Below, piece after piece: positions 23,897 to 37,100 of a stretch of 64,000 nt of DNA (its first letter is position 1; each line of letters opens with the position of its first letter). Made by a program: the position numbers and the translations under genes. The stretch comes from Octopus vulgaris. Lineage: Eukaryota. The notes beneath the pieces were generated by a model. The model was not told where the DNA came from. It saw nothing but the letters and a program-made list of their open reading frames with translations, and searched no databases. The DNA lies in the NCBI GenBank assembly GCA_951406725.2, contig OX597821.1:101928001-101992000 (forward strand), read 5' to 3'.

Positions 23897-24516
23897 CAGT
23901 GGTTTGCCTATTGATGGCTATGGCTATTGATGGCTTTGATGGCTATGGAGGCCCATCAGAGTAAGATAGGCATTTGATGCTTTTAAAAAATTTTATTACA
24001 GTTTTATAATTATTATTATTAGGAATTATATTTTTATTCGTTTCAGTCATTTGACTGCAACCATGCTGGAGCACTGCCTTTAGTCGAACACATCAACCCC
24101 AGGACTTGTTCTTTGTAAGCCTAGTACTTATTCTATCAGTTACTTTTGCAGAACTGCTAAGTTATGGGGGCGTAAACACACCAACATCAGTTGTCAAGAG
24201 ATGATGGGGGGGACAAACACACACACACATATATATACATCGGGATTCTTTCAGTTTCTGTCTACCAAATCCACTCACAAGGCTTTGGTTGGCCCGTGGC
24301 TATAGTTGAAGACACTTGCCCAAGGTGTCACACAGTGGGACTGAACTCAGAACCATGTGGTTGGTAAGCAAGCTATTTACCACACAGCCACTCAGAAAAA
24401 TTGTTAAAATATTTTACATATTATAGAAGTATAACTAATTTCTTGCACATAAACTTTAACAACAAAATCTTCTAGGAACACCCAAGGGTCGTGTGGACCC
24501 AAGCTGAGAACCACCG
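23897..24516. mobile_element. hAT (Charlie-like) MITE
   Basis: CAGTGGTT ... AACCACCG ends; 8-bp TSD ATCTAGAT/ATCTATAT. Related copies at 17440-17649 and 34697-35074. Confidence 0.75.
24035..24393 (-). mobile_element. SINE family A nested in a hAT MITE
   Basis: Full-length copy interrupting the element at 23897-24516. Confidence 0.85.
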
Positions 24517-26663
24517 ATCTATATAAAAGGTGGGAAACCAGTAACAGTCTGGAATGCGTAAAATATCAGAAGGAAAATGATTTACTGAAATATATTTTAT
24601 TTAATTTTAGTATATTTAATGACTATCATTGCAATTAATTGTGAATTTTACAGATATATAAATAGCTATTACCCATATATACTTCTATATCTACACTTGT
24701 AAATTAATTGTTTGAAGTAATTACAATTGTGTTAAAAATAGAAATCTGAAGAATTTTTTTATTTTTTTTATTGAAGATTTTGTTAGATGTTTTTATGAAT
24801 AACTATGTTCTATGTGATCTGGCAGTTAACTTCAATGCCACTTTCCAACATAAAAAAAGCCGCATCTCTGCACCTGGAGTCAATCATTTAGAGCTAAAGG
24901 CATGACCATGAAATGTACTTTGCCAAGGTGGGCTCAGGCAAATGGTGCATAAAGAAACCAGTGCCTATAGAGAGAAAAACACATCAATCTTGTCATGTTT
25001 AAACTGGGTCTCTTCCTGTCCTTTTGGTGACCCTTAAAATGTAGTACTTAAGAGAAAAATAAAAGCACACATTAGCATCCTTATAATCTCCTATAAACTG
25101 ACCTAAATAATTCTCCCTGCACTGCCATTAACATCCCTGACCTGACAAGCAAGCAGTCAACAAGTCCATGGTACTAATTATTCTAAGGGAGATAATAGAA
25201 GACCAAGGTAGTTTCCCTTGTTAACTAAATGGCTTGAAGAGATGTTTTTAAAAGGCTTAGATTCCATTTGGTGCCTTTTTTTCTTTCTTTCTTGTTCTGC
25301 CAACATCATAGTTTTATGCCTGCTGTCCATGCTGGTATGGAGTACAGGGATCGAGGTGTGTGTGTGTGTGGGGTCATTGTGCAAGTTTCATTTTACCTAA
25401 GCTTCCACGACTGGATGCGCTTCCCAATACCAGTTGCTTTACAATATCTTGGATGCTTTCTTTATGCCACCAGCATGAGGTGTCATATTTTCAACAAAAC
25501 TAAAGGATCCCTGCAACCTCACAACTGAGATGTAACCATGATGCAGATAGTTTATCCCATCCCCCTCCGACTTTTAGCTCATGCAATTGAAAAAACCATA
25601 TTATTCATGACAATATTGTATTCAATATGAACTTTATTCCAAACATCTCGTTGAATTGTTAGCTTTCACTTATTAGCTGGCACAGTTGTGTAGTGAACAA
25701 GTCTGCTTGTCAACCACATGGTTACAAGTTTAGTCCCACTGTGTGGCATCTTGAGCAAGTGTCTTAGTCAATCAAAGCCTTGTGAGTAGATTTGGTAGAT
25801 GGGAACTGAAAGAAGCAGCAACATTGTCATCATTTAACCTGTCGTATATGTGTGGGAGGAAAGGGTGTCTCCTTGTCTTGACATTGCATGATGGTTGTAA
25901 ATAAGTGCCACTGTTATACATGCAGTGTCATTCATTTCCAATATTCTGCAAGAACATGCCTGGGCACGGGGAAATATTATCTAGCTTGGAAACAGGTAAA
26001 AGTTGGAAAGAGGAAGAGTATCTGGCCATAGAAAATTTGCCTCAATAAACTCTGATACATGCTATCATAGAAAAGAGGTTTTGAATAAAAAACTTTTTTT
26101 CTGTGGTATCATGATTATCAAAGGTGCTTGGGACAATAAAAAGAAACCTGATGGAGTAAGTCTTTGCAGAAAAAGCATCTAACTGTAAAAACCTTCCTCA
26201 CATACTCCTCCCAATCGACCCAGGCTACATTGATAAAATGAACAAAGGACACATTATCATCGTTATCATTTAACGTCAGTTTTCCATGCTGGCATGGGTT
26301 GGACAGAATTTGTTGAGGCATGTTTTCTAAAACCTGATACCTTTCCTGTTGCCAACCCTAACCTGTTTTGAAGCAAGATAATATTTTCCTCAGGTCAGAC
26401 ACGTTTTTACAGAATGTTGGAAATGAAAGACATCACTTGGATAAAAGAGTAACACTTGCTTACTAATATCACGTAGGGTCAATGCAAAAAGACAATAACA
26501 CCCACAATGGGCTTCCTTCAGTTTCCAAGAACCTCATCTACTCAAGTGCTTGGTTAGCCTGCAACTATAATAGAAGACACTAGCTCAAGGTGCCATACAC
26601 CCCTGCCTGTATTATTTTTACTTCAGAGTATTAATTCTACTACAAAGTTATAGTTACTTCAAA

Positions 26664-26700
<37 letters not shown>

Positions 26701-28489
26701 AAATTGTATTTAGTTATAAACTGCAAATCATTTTAGATCAATTTTAAAAAATACAACTTAAAAAACATCTCTGGAATTAGCATCTGGTCTTAATCAGCAT
26801 GCAAAACAGAAGGTACAACAGCATTTCTTGCAGCTTTGTTTTAAGTTCAAATGCCACTGGGGCTAACTTTCCTTTTCATCCTTGGGGATGGGGTGGGGTG
26901 TCAATAAAATAAAGCATCAATCAAGTACTGGAGGAGGGGGTCAATGTAATTAACCAACCCATACTTCCAAGATTGTTGGCTTTTATCAAAATTTGAAATA
27001 TCTATATTTTAGCAAGAATATTAAGGAAGTGAGTTACACTTTTTAAATTAATTTATTGAAACTTGAATGAACAAGTACAAGAGAAGGAGCAGAAAGGTAG
27101 GGGATATATTCATAGATGCATAATTATAAGGCAAAGATGGGAGATATAAAGAGGAAAAGAACAAGAAAGAGAGAGGGGGAGGACTGGATGAAAAATGGTT
27201 AAATTTTGTCACCTGATATTTCCCCTGCCCCATAATAGCCTTGGACAGTAGAGAGAATAGAAAGGTCACCTGACAGATAGTATATGCTGCAAAATTTCTG
27301 GAACAACTTAACCTTATTTCTAAACAATTGTGTACTGGTAGCAAAAGGTATATAGGGTTGAGCAGATGAAAGAACTGACTAAGGAAGAGGTGTACTTTCC
27401 ACATTACACTCAGCCAAAGAGGAAAAAATTATATTCAAGTTACACAACAGCATACCTAGCATTGTGGTGTGGTACACCAGTGTGCTGTGACGTACCTGTT
27501 GTGGGACACTGCACTAAGCTAATGTGTGGTTGCTTGACTTGCTAAAAATAGCAGTCAAATCTCCCTTAGATCATATCCTAACACTTAATAAAGTAGAATT
27601 TACAAAAGAAGAGGTGTACTTCTCACCTCAATAGTTTACACATTACAGTAGCCAAACGAGGGAGCCTCCGTATGGTTGCTTAAATAGTTAAAAATAGCAG
27701 CCAAATCTCCCTCAGATCTCACCCTATCATCTTATAAAAGGCAAAAAAAAAAAGGCACATTGGATAATTCAGTGCTGCATAATTGTAACTAGGTAAAGTG
27801 GTCACAATGCCCTTAGATCATAGGTGATGGAAAACAAGATGAGGTTAAAAAATTTAATCTCAAAGTCAACCAAGGAGCCTCTACTTGGTTACTTAACCTG
27901 CTGGAAACAGCAACATAATCTCCACCAGATTATACTACCAGCTTGAAAAGGTACAATGGGTAATGTAACATTGAATATAAAATGGTCATGAAAAAGACAG
28001 GATGAACTTGGTTGAAAGCAGTAAATGGGCAGAATCATTGCCATGCCAGATAAAATGCTAAGTGGCATCTCTTCCAGGGGAAGGTTATGTTCTGGGACTA
28101 GCCTCTTCACCCAAAATTTCAAGTCTGGAATCTATAGTAGAAAGTATTATTTGGAATTCACAAAAATTAAGGATCAGAAAATAAAAGGGGGTAAAGAGGA
28201 TACACACAAAACAGCATTATCAGTGACATTGTAAAAAAAAATCCAGTGTACTTAATTACCCTTTTTATTAAAAACATTTATGTTTTGGGGGTATTCACAG
28301 ACTTAAAAAAGATCAGCTTGCTGAGAGAGAGAGAAATTAAATGAGGGAAGGAAGGAGAAAGAGGAAAAAGAAAGATTTGAAAGTTAACCCTTTTGATACC
28401 AACCCACCTGGAACTACCTCTGGGTCTGTTACAAACTTTGTTCTAACCCTTTAGCACGCAGATTACTGTCAAATATAATATATATTTTT

Positions 28490-28866
28490 ATTCTTTTACT
28501 TGTTTCAGTCATTTGAGTGCAGCCATGCTGGAGCAGCGCCTTTAGTCAAGCAAATCGACCCCAGGACTTATTCTTTGTAAGCTTAGTACTTATTCTATTA
28601 GTTTCTTTTGCCAGCCCACTAAGTCAAGTGGATGTAAACACACCACCATCAGTTGTCAAGCAATGTTGGGGGGACAAACACAGACACACATATATACATA
28701 TACGACGGGTTTCTTTCAGTTTCTATCTACCAAATCCACTCACAAGGCTTTGGTTGGCCTGAGGTTATAGTAGAGGACACTTGCCCAAGGTGCCACGCAG
28801 TGCGACTAAACTCGGAACCATGTGGTTGGTAAGCAAGCTACTTACTACACAGCTACCTCTGTGCCT
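28490..28866 (-). mobile_element. SINE family A nested in a TTAA MITE
   Basis: Full-length copy; MITE sequence resumes on both sides. Confidence 0.85.
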
Positions 28867-31800
28867 ATTTACTCACATTGTTCTGAGATTCCAATGATGA
28901 GATTGTTTATTTTTGTAAGAAGCCAGATCTTGACAGCTTGACCCTGTCATTACTGTATTTATTTTGAGATGCTCTGTGTTTAGTAAAATAACTTATCATG
29001 CAGCTAGTGTTAGGAACATAAATTGTGACTAAGGTTTGGTGGAAGATTTTAATTCAAAACTTATGAAAACAAGACATTTGTACTACAGAGCCAGAGCTAG
29101 TTTCAGCCAGGTTGGTAAGAAAAGGGTTAAACATAGAACAGGTAGAATATCTGGTCCAGATATAAGTTTAAATACCAAAGGGTTAAAGTAATTGAACCCT
29201 TTAGCATTCAAATTATTCTGTCATAAGTAATGCTTATTTATTCACATTGTTTTGTATTAATCATGCATATCTTGTAGCTTTGAAATTTTGATGAGGTAAC
29301 TTAATTTTTAGAATGAATTTTAAGGTTGATGTGAGAGACCAAATCTGGCTGATTTGAACATAGAACAGGCAGAATATTTTGGCCAGATATGGTAAGTTTA
29401 AATCAGATTTCATGTGAATTTATGTTACAAACACCAATTTAATAATCACGTTATTTTATAAAATTCTTTGTTTTTTATCTTAATTGAAAACAAAATGTAT
29501 GTCAAAAATAAAAAAATCTTCATTTAATGCCCACTTTTCCATGCTTGCATGGGTCAGAAGGAATTTGTCAAGGCAGATTTTCTAAAACCAACCCGTTTCC
29601 AAGCCACATATTTCCCATGGCCAGATGTGTTCTCCACAGAAGACTGCAAACAAACATCACCTGTGTAATGATGATGCTTGACTATAACCATCATGTGATG
29701 TCAAGGGAATACACACTCATAGTTGAAAACACTTGCCCAAGGTGCTGCACCGTGGGATTGAACCAGAGACCGTATGGTTGGAAAGCTAGCCTTAACCACA
29801 GTCATGCCTATGCAACAAAAGGGTTAAAACAATAAATTCACAAGAGGATGGAGGAAACATAATCTATTCCCTTAAAGAATTATAACAATTCAAGAGAGGA
29901 TGAGGAGTAACAACTTTTACATTGTGCAAAATGAAAAACTGTGCTAGGCAGAGAGGTGGCATGAAAGACAGGCAGTCATCTGATTCATGCCAGAAAAAGA
30001 GGAACTCCTTGATAACAACCACAAATATGATAGGGCTGGAGAGAGGGAATTGTAATGGTGATGGTGACATTCCAACAGACAGAGTTTCCTGCCTACATCA
30101 TAGATTTTAATGACCACAATGAGATAAAATGAATGAGACTATTAATTAATCAAGTTAAGGGGGGAACGGCTGTTTCACCATAATATATGATCAGAAACTG
30201 AGACAAAAATAAAATAAAAATAATATAAGAGCCACAAGTATCAACAAACAACTTTTGGTGTGCAAGAAAAGTAACAAAAAAACACACCAATTAATCATTC
30301 CTGAATTACAAAGATCCATTGAGTTGGCATTCATCTCTGGTTTTGGTAATGTTTACTTAGAGGTGAGAGATAAATCTTTCTCTCTCTCTCCCCTCCCTTT
30401 CTCTGGATGTGGTATTGATCTATTACAGGAAGTGCGCCCCCATAGTAGTTGAACTTTGTACCAAAGCAAGTGAAACTCATCAATTCTCAAGTCAACATAA
30501 GGAAGCATCTATGTGTTGTCTTAGCTGGTTTGTAAATAATAGGCAAATCTCCCCCTACAGTTTGAAATGAATGATACATTGGGCAATGTAATCACCGATG
30601 GGTGTGGTTTGAGAAGTTTGCTTTCCAACATGGTTTCAGGTTCAGTCCCACTGTGTGGCACTTTGGACAAGTGTCTTCTACTATAGCTCCAGGCTGATCA
30701 AAGACTTTTGAGTGGATCTGGTAGATAATAATGCAAAGAAGCTCATTGTATGCATACTTGATTAACGAATTAACATGGTAACCAATGGGTTCATTTGGAA
30801 ATTGTGGCCAAATTCAGCACTGAGCACTTATTTTCAGCTTGATAATATTGTGTATGTATGAGTGAAGGCACATGGATCAGTGGTTAGAGTGTCAGGCTCA
30901 CAATCATGAGGTAGTAAGTTCAGTTCCTTAACTGGTTGTGTGTTGTGTTTTTGAGCAAGGTACTTTATTCATGTTGCTCCAGTTCACTTAACTGTAGAAA
31001 ATGAGTTACGATGTCACTGGTGCCAAGCTGTATCAACTTGGAAATGCTTAAGCACCCATTACACTCACAGAGTGGTTGGCATTACGAAGGGTATCCAGCT
31101 GTAGAAAACCATGCCAAATCAGACTGGAGTCTGGTGCAGCTTTCTAGCATGTCAGCCCAGTCAAACTATCCAACCTATGCCAGCATGGACAACGGACATA
31201 AAATGATAATGGCTAAGTTAATATTTCTCCATGGCCAGATATATTTTTCATGGGATACTGGAAAACAAACAGTAACACTTGTGTGACAATAGTGTTGGTC
31301 TACAATCATCAAATGATGTCAAGAAAAGGTACACACTAACACACACAACAGGCTTCTTTCAATTTCCATCTACCAAATCCACTCACAAGGCTTTGGTTTA
31401 CCCAGGACTATAATAGAAGACACTCACCTAAAGTTTAATGGGAAGCAAGCTTCTTAACCACACAGCTATGCCTGTAGCTACCAATATAGCATAAGTTAAG
31501 CTTAGATCCTCCACATCCATCATCATCATCATTATTTAACATCTGCTTTCCATACTGTACCAGACTTCAATCTGATCTGGCAAGGTTTCTACAGCTGGAT
31601 GCCCTTCCTAATGCCAACCACTCCGAGAGTGTAGTGGGTGCTTTTTATGTGCCACCGGCACAAGGGCCAGTCAGGCAGTATTGGCATCAACAATGCTTGG
31701 TGTTTTTTATGTGCCACCCGCATGGGACCAGTCAGGCGGCACTGGCATCGATCACACTCGAATGGTGCTTTTTATGTGTCACATTGTTTAGTAAAAACTA

Positions 31801-32589
31801 GTGACTTCATGGTTTCAGTGAGTTCCAATTATAAGAATGCATAGGTACAGGCATGATCGAGTGGTTAAGAACTTTGCTTCTCAACCATGCAGTTTTGAGT
31901 TCAGTCCCATTGTACAGCATTTAGACCAAGTATTTTCTAGTATATAGCTCCAGGATAACACAAGCCTCATGAGTGGATTCGGTTGACAAAAACTGAAAGA
32001 AGACAGTTGTGTATGTGTACTCTTGTCTAGACATCATGTGATGGTTGTAAATGAGCATCATCATCATCATCATAATCATTGTCATACAAGCAAGATCATT
32101 CATTTCTAACCTTCCATGAAAAGCATGCATGACCATACAAAACATTACTTTGCTTAGAAACAAGTGAGAGTTGACAACAGGAAGGACATATAGCCACAGA
32201 AAATCTGCTTCAATGAATTCCATCTGATCCATGCAAGTATGAAAAAGATGTTAAAACAATGATGAAGATTGAGCCATTAGTGTCTTTTAATGGTTGGTGC
32301 CCAAGCTAGGGTTTCACAGAGATTAAATTTTCCCTCCACTTAACAGGATATTAGTCTACATATTCTAATCTCTTAATTGCTAGTGAGTAATCAAAACAAG
32401 TATTTTGACAAGATACAATGAAATACCTAAAGTATGTTTGAACTCACAATCAGATTAGATATTCTAGTACCTTACCTACTGAGCTATCTTACCATCACAT
32501 GTTATTATATCTGCTATGTGGTTGCACAACTTCCTAGAAATAGTAGTTAAATTCCCTCAAAAAATTTCCTACTTTCCTGGAAAATGTTC

Positions 32590-32900
32590 AGTGACACTAC
32601 TGGGTCATTCACAGAGACAAACTAACAACATTTCTGTATCAATGACAACTGTCCATTTGATAATAGATGCAAGTGCAGAATATGCCAATCCTGTGTGACA
32701 AGTGAAGAACAGAAAGAGGATTGTACAAGGTTAACAAAACAGGAAACACATTTCAAATCCCTACCTATAACATACCAGCTAAAACAAAGCTTGTGCAAAC
32801 ATATTAGGTACCTAAAAGACAATGGTGTCGACAATAAACCAAAAGAATTATCACTAACTAGTGATATGATTCTATATATTGGCAGTTAAAATGCAATTTG
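32590..32900 (+). mobile_element. Highly decayed CR1-like LINE 3' relic
   Basis: Fragments AEYANPV* and SDMILY resemble the LEYAxPVW and RGDMIxxY motifs. Confidence 0.35.
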
Positions 32901-33366
32901 GCATGTTGAAGCAGCCTTAGATTATTATATTAGCTAACTGCTAGGGTTGCTTAATATAGAAAACTTTTATAATGGTGCACCAACCACTAAAACGATGGCA
33001 AGGATACGTAGACAAACTGGCTGTGCACGATAATTCTTCCAATGTATGACACCTTTCATCTTCAAATTTACAGTTTTCTGGTGGCCTACCAGAGAACAAA
33101 CACATAATTGACAAAGAGTATAGAATGAGAAGAAGAAAAAAATGCTTGTATTACATACAGGTATTGCAACTGTCTGTGGCTAATTCTAGATGAGGAGACA
33201 CAATGATGTCAAAACACCAGATGTTCCATAGTCCCCTCAAGTATTATGAACACACATTGGTCTGAAAGAAGTTCTCCAGAGAAGAAATACAACAGCAATT
33301 AGCAAATTTCATTTGAATCTGCTGACAGTATTAAAAATGTAAACGTATGTTAAAATATTAAAATAA

Positions 33367-34105
33367 CTAGCAGGACCCGTGAATATCTCATGGAATTAAA
33401 GGTAAACCTATTGGGTTATTTCTGAAAACTTCATCCAAAAACCTGAAAGCATAGCCTGTGTTGCCTGTATGGAAAGATCTGCTACTCATTGAAAAGTAAA
33501 AGAAATTAAAATACGATGATTACTTAGTGCACTTTATATACTTTTATAGACTTAATACACAGCACTCATAAAATACACATTCACCCTTATTTTTCTATTT
33601 TTCCCATGAACCAAAAAAAATATAGCATACATATGATACAACCTATCATTAAATCGCATATATCTGCCACATAAATAAGCAGGAATAATTCACAGAATTG
33701 CACTTATGTGCATGCGTTAAGTGATAGGTAATATAAATAAGTTCACAATGCAATCACCACCACCAGCATTATCTCTCTCTGCTTTTGTTTAAACTCAACA
33801 TCAGAACATCACCCTTCTGCTAAAATCATATTTTAAACTCCTCTCCTCTACCTCCAACTAACTTTTTTAACCACGAATAAATATTACGCTCTCCCTATCA
33901 CATGTCACGAATGTCTCCCTCTCCCTCTTTGTCTCCCACTTCACTTTATCCTCTTTTTCTCTCTTCTCTTTTCCTTCAGCTAATCACGTGAAAGCATTAC
34001 AATTACATTCCCTCTACCTCACGTCATAGACGCTTCTCTCTCACTCTTTTTCTCTAATCACATGAAGGCTAAGTAGCACAATGACAAGCAGAATTTATTA
34101 TAAGA
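33367..34105 (-). mobile_element. Non-autonomous Helitron
   Basis: Minus strand starts TCTTATAATAAA and ends with hairpin CCATGAGATATTCACGG plus CTAG-T. Confidence 0.65.
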
Positions 34106-37100
34106 CTTATGTAATCAATGACAAATGTAGATTCGATCGCTCTTTCAGAATCTAAGAGATTTCAGCATCTTATCTAACAGAGGCAGCTTCTGGAATTCAG
34201 TAATTACAAGAAAAGTTAAAAGGCTTTGCATGTGAAGAATCTTTAACTCGTGGATCCTTTACACATGGCAATATTGGTAATAAGAGCAAGATTGTTATTT
34301 CTTTGGAAGCCTTAGGTTCAATGATTGTTAAATGAGCCAAAAGATATACATGCTTTCATATATGATAGAGCCTGTAAAAACGTGTATTCAGTGATCTATC
34401 TTTCACTGGAGTTTGTTAAATAGAGTAACAGAACTTCTCTAACAACTTTTACCACACAGTTTGTTTTTTGTCCAAATCAAATACCATATTACAGCCATAG
34501 CTGACCACTCGAATATAGAGTTTTGTTGATTAATCTCAAACATGTCTTAGGTTCTGTTCCTTTGCTGCACACATCCCCTTCTTAGCTTGAAAGACTTATT
34601 ACTGCTCTTGTCATCATTCAACAAGTTTTCTAGATCCTTTCATAATCTTTTTTCATCTCATTATTCTACTACCAGCCAACAGGAAAGCTTCTATATCAGT
34701 GGTTTTCAACCCTTCTTTGCCTACAGACCTCTTTGATTCCTATTTCACTCTACTGGACCTCCACAGCCATTCACTATATATAAAGAAATCTTACTATATA
34801 TTTATCATTAAATACTATTAGAAGTTATATAAAAAATTAAAATACTTTGTGTATTGTAGAAACATAACCGATTCATTGCACATAGATTTTAATAAAATCC
34901 ATAGGAAATGATCTATTAATTTTCACAAATTTTCTTTAACTTCTTTATTTAACCAAATACAATACTGTAGAAAATTAAAAATGTTTATAATAAAGTTTAT
35001 TCCTTCTTGTCACATCCCCTGAAATACCATTGCACACTCCCAGGTGTGTGGGAATCCCAGGTTGGAAAGCACTGTTCTAAGTGCTAGATGTAGCAGCAAT
35101 TTAAAAAACACACAGGATAATGTAGTCCTAGATATACAAAAAAAAAAAAGGATGGTTACAACTGGAATACCTTTGCTCATAGTTCTGATTAATCAGGGCT
35201 GATATGGAGCTGGAAAACAACAACAATAATTATCAACCAGGTTTTTTTAAGAGCATCAACTTATCTTCAAATATATTTCACTCTTTCTTAATCTTTCAAT
35301 GCAGACACAGTATTATAGCAACTAAAGCCGTAGTACACCTGTATCAACCAAGCTCATAACTGAAAGGTGCACCAATGTTTAAAACAGAAGCCACTTAATC
35401 TCGATTGACACAGGACAAGTTGCTGGAAGGCAAATAACTTATTAAACTAGGTCATTTGGTTTACATGGTGGCCAACACCCACTAGGTATTTCCTTTTTAC
35501 AAGAGGAACCTGTTTTTTTGTCTTTTTGCTGCATAGGTGTTCAAGTGTAAATAATCAGCCAATTCAGAACTCCTTATCATATTTACATATGAAAATAGTA
35601 ACTCTCTCTCTTATATAATAAATCAATTGGACGTATTATTACTCTCACTCAGAGCAAAACTTCTAAACTATATTCTCATGTGCCGATGACAGTGGGAGTG
35701 TGTACATAACATAAAACCCACATACTAATATTTGTAAAGCCTGGATGTATTGATGTAAATGTTTATAATAGAGGGATTTTTTTTTTTCCATGTAAAAAAA
35801 AAAAAAAACGAACTAAATTAGTTTAGGTTATAAATTACAGAGATCAAGCGAATTATTAGCACTTCTGAATTTGGGGATGAGCAGACATAGCCATGTGGTT
35901 AAAAGGTTAACTTTGCAATCAGCTTTAGGCTGTATCCCCGATGCATAGCACCTAAGAAAAGTATTTTTCTGCTGTAGATATCAGAATTATTACTAACTTG
36001 TCAGTGTAAATTTCACATCATAAACTGTACAAAAAGCTGCATACAGGATTGTTTTAAAGGAATTTTATGGATAACAGAACATTTACTTGGAGCGAGGAGT
36101 GTCTCAAAACTTATAGTAGAGTCAAATTATAAAATAAGTTTCAGATTGGATCTTGATTTTGGCCTAATGGTTTATTCAACCAAATTGATTGAATAATGCA
36201 GAATATGAGAAATGATCATGAACTTGAAAATTATAATCTGCAAGTCAATTTTGGATTTTGTTTTGTTTTTTTTATTCTCTTATTGTATCACTACAATATT
36301 TCTTTAAAAAAATTTAAGAAAAACTTCTGAATTTTTTACAGTATAATTTTTAATTAATTTCGTGTACTGTGTGTGTTATGGTGCATTGTGGTAGTTAAGC
36401 TATCCTGTAAATAGGGATGAATAAAATAATTACCAGACTCAATATAATCAACTAAAAATGCTCTTAGTGTCCAAGCAAGGCAACAGCACCAAAAGTTTGA
36501 AATCAGTGAATGTATATACAATAATATATCCAATACCAGTTGAAATTTTTCTGAGAATTTGTATTATTGTATAAGAATGGGCCTCCTCACAATGCTCACT
36601 TTTGGTGGTGTTTTTGTTACATATGTATAATGTTATTCCCAATAGATGTCTAATCAACCTCCATATACTGTCCATTCAATATAAAAATTATTAACATTTT
36701 GTCCTACCCATTTTCTAGCAATGTTTGTATGTGGTTTTTTGACACTACATCTTCAATATGGTCATAAGAAGTGGATGGAAAAATTACCAATGCAGCATGA
36801 CAGACAGTTGGTTGTGGAAGCCATCTGTGCACTACAGGGGAAGTTGGATGTCTATGTATGATCATTTATATGTTCACTGTATCCAGATGAATGCTTCCAG
36901 AATTTACATAGCACTCACTACACTCTTGGAGTGGTTGGCATTAGGAAGGGCATCCAGCTGTAGAAACTCTGCCAAATCGAGATTGGAGCCTGGTGCAGCC
37001 ATCTGGTTTGCCAGCCCTCAGTCAAAATCGTCCAACCCATGCTAGCATGGAAAGAGGACATTAAACGATGATGATGTTAAGACAAAAAATTCGCACAAGC

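Noticed and set aside
32960-33280. Possible nested gene exons in intron 1
   Set aside because: Frames are short and interrupted; SGRPPENCKFEDE looks more like a decayed mariner N-terminus.
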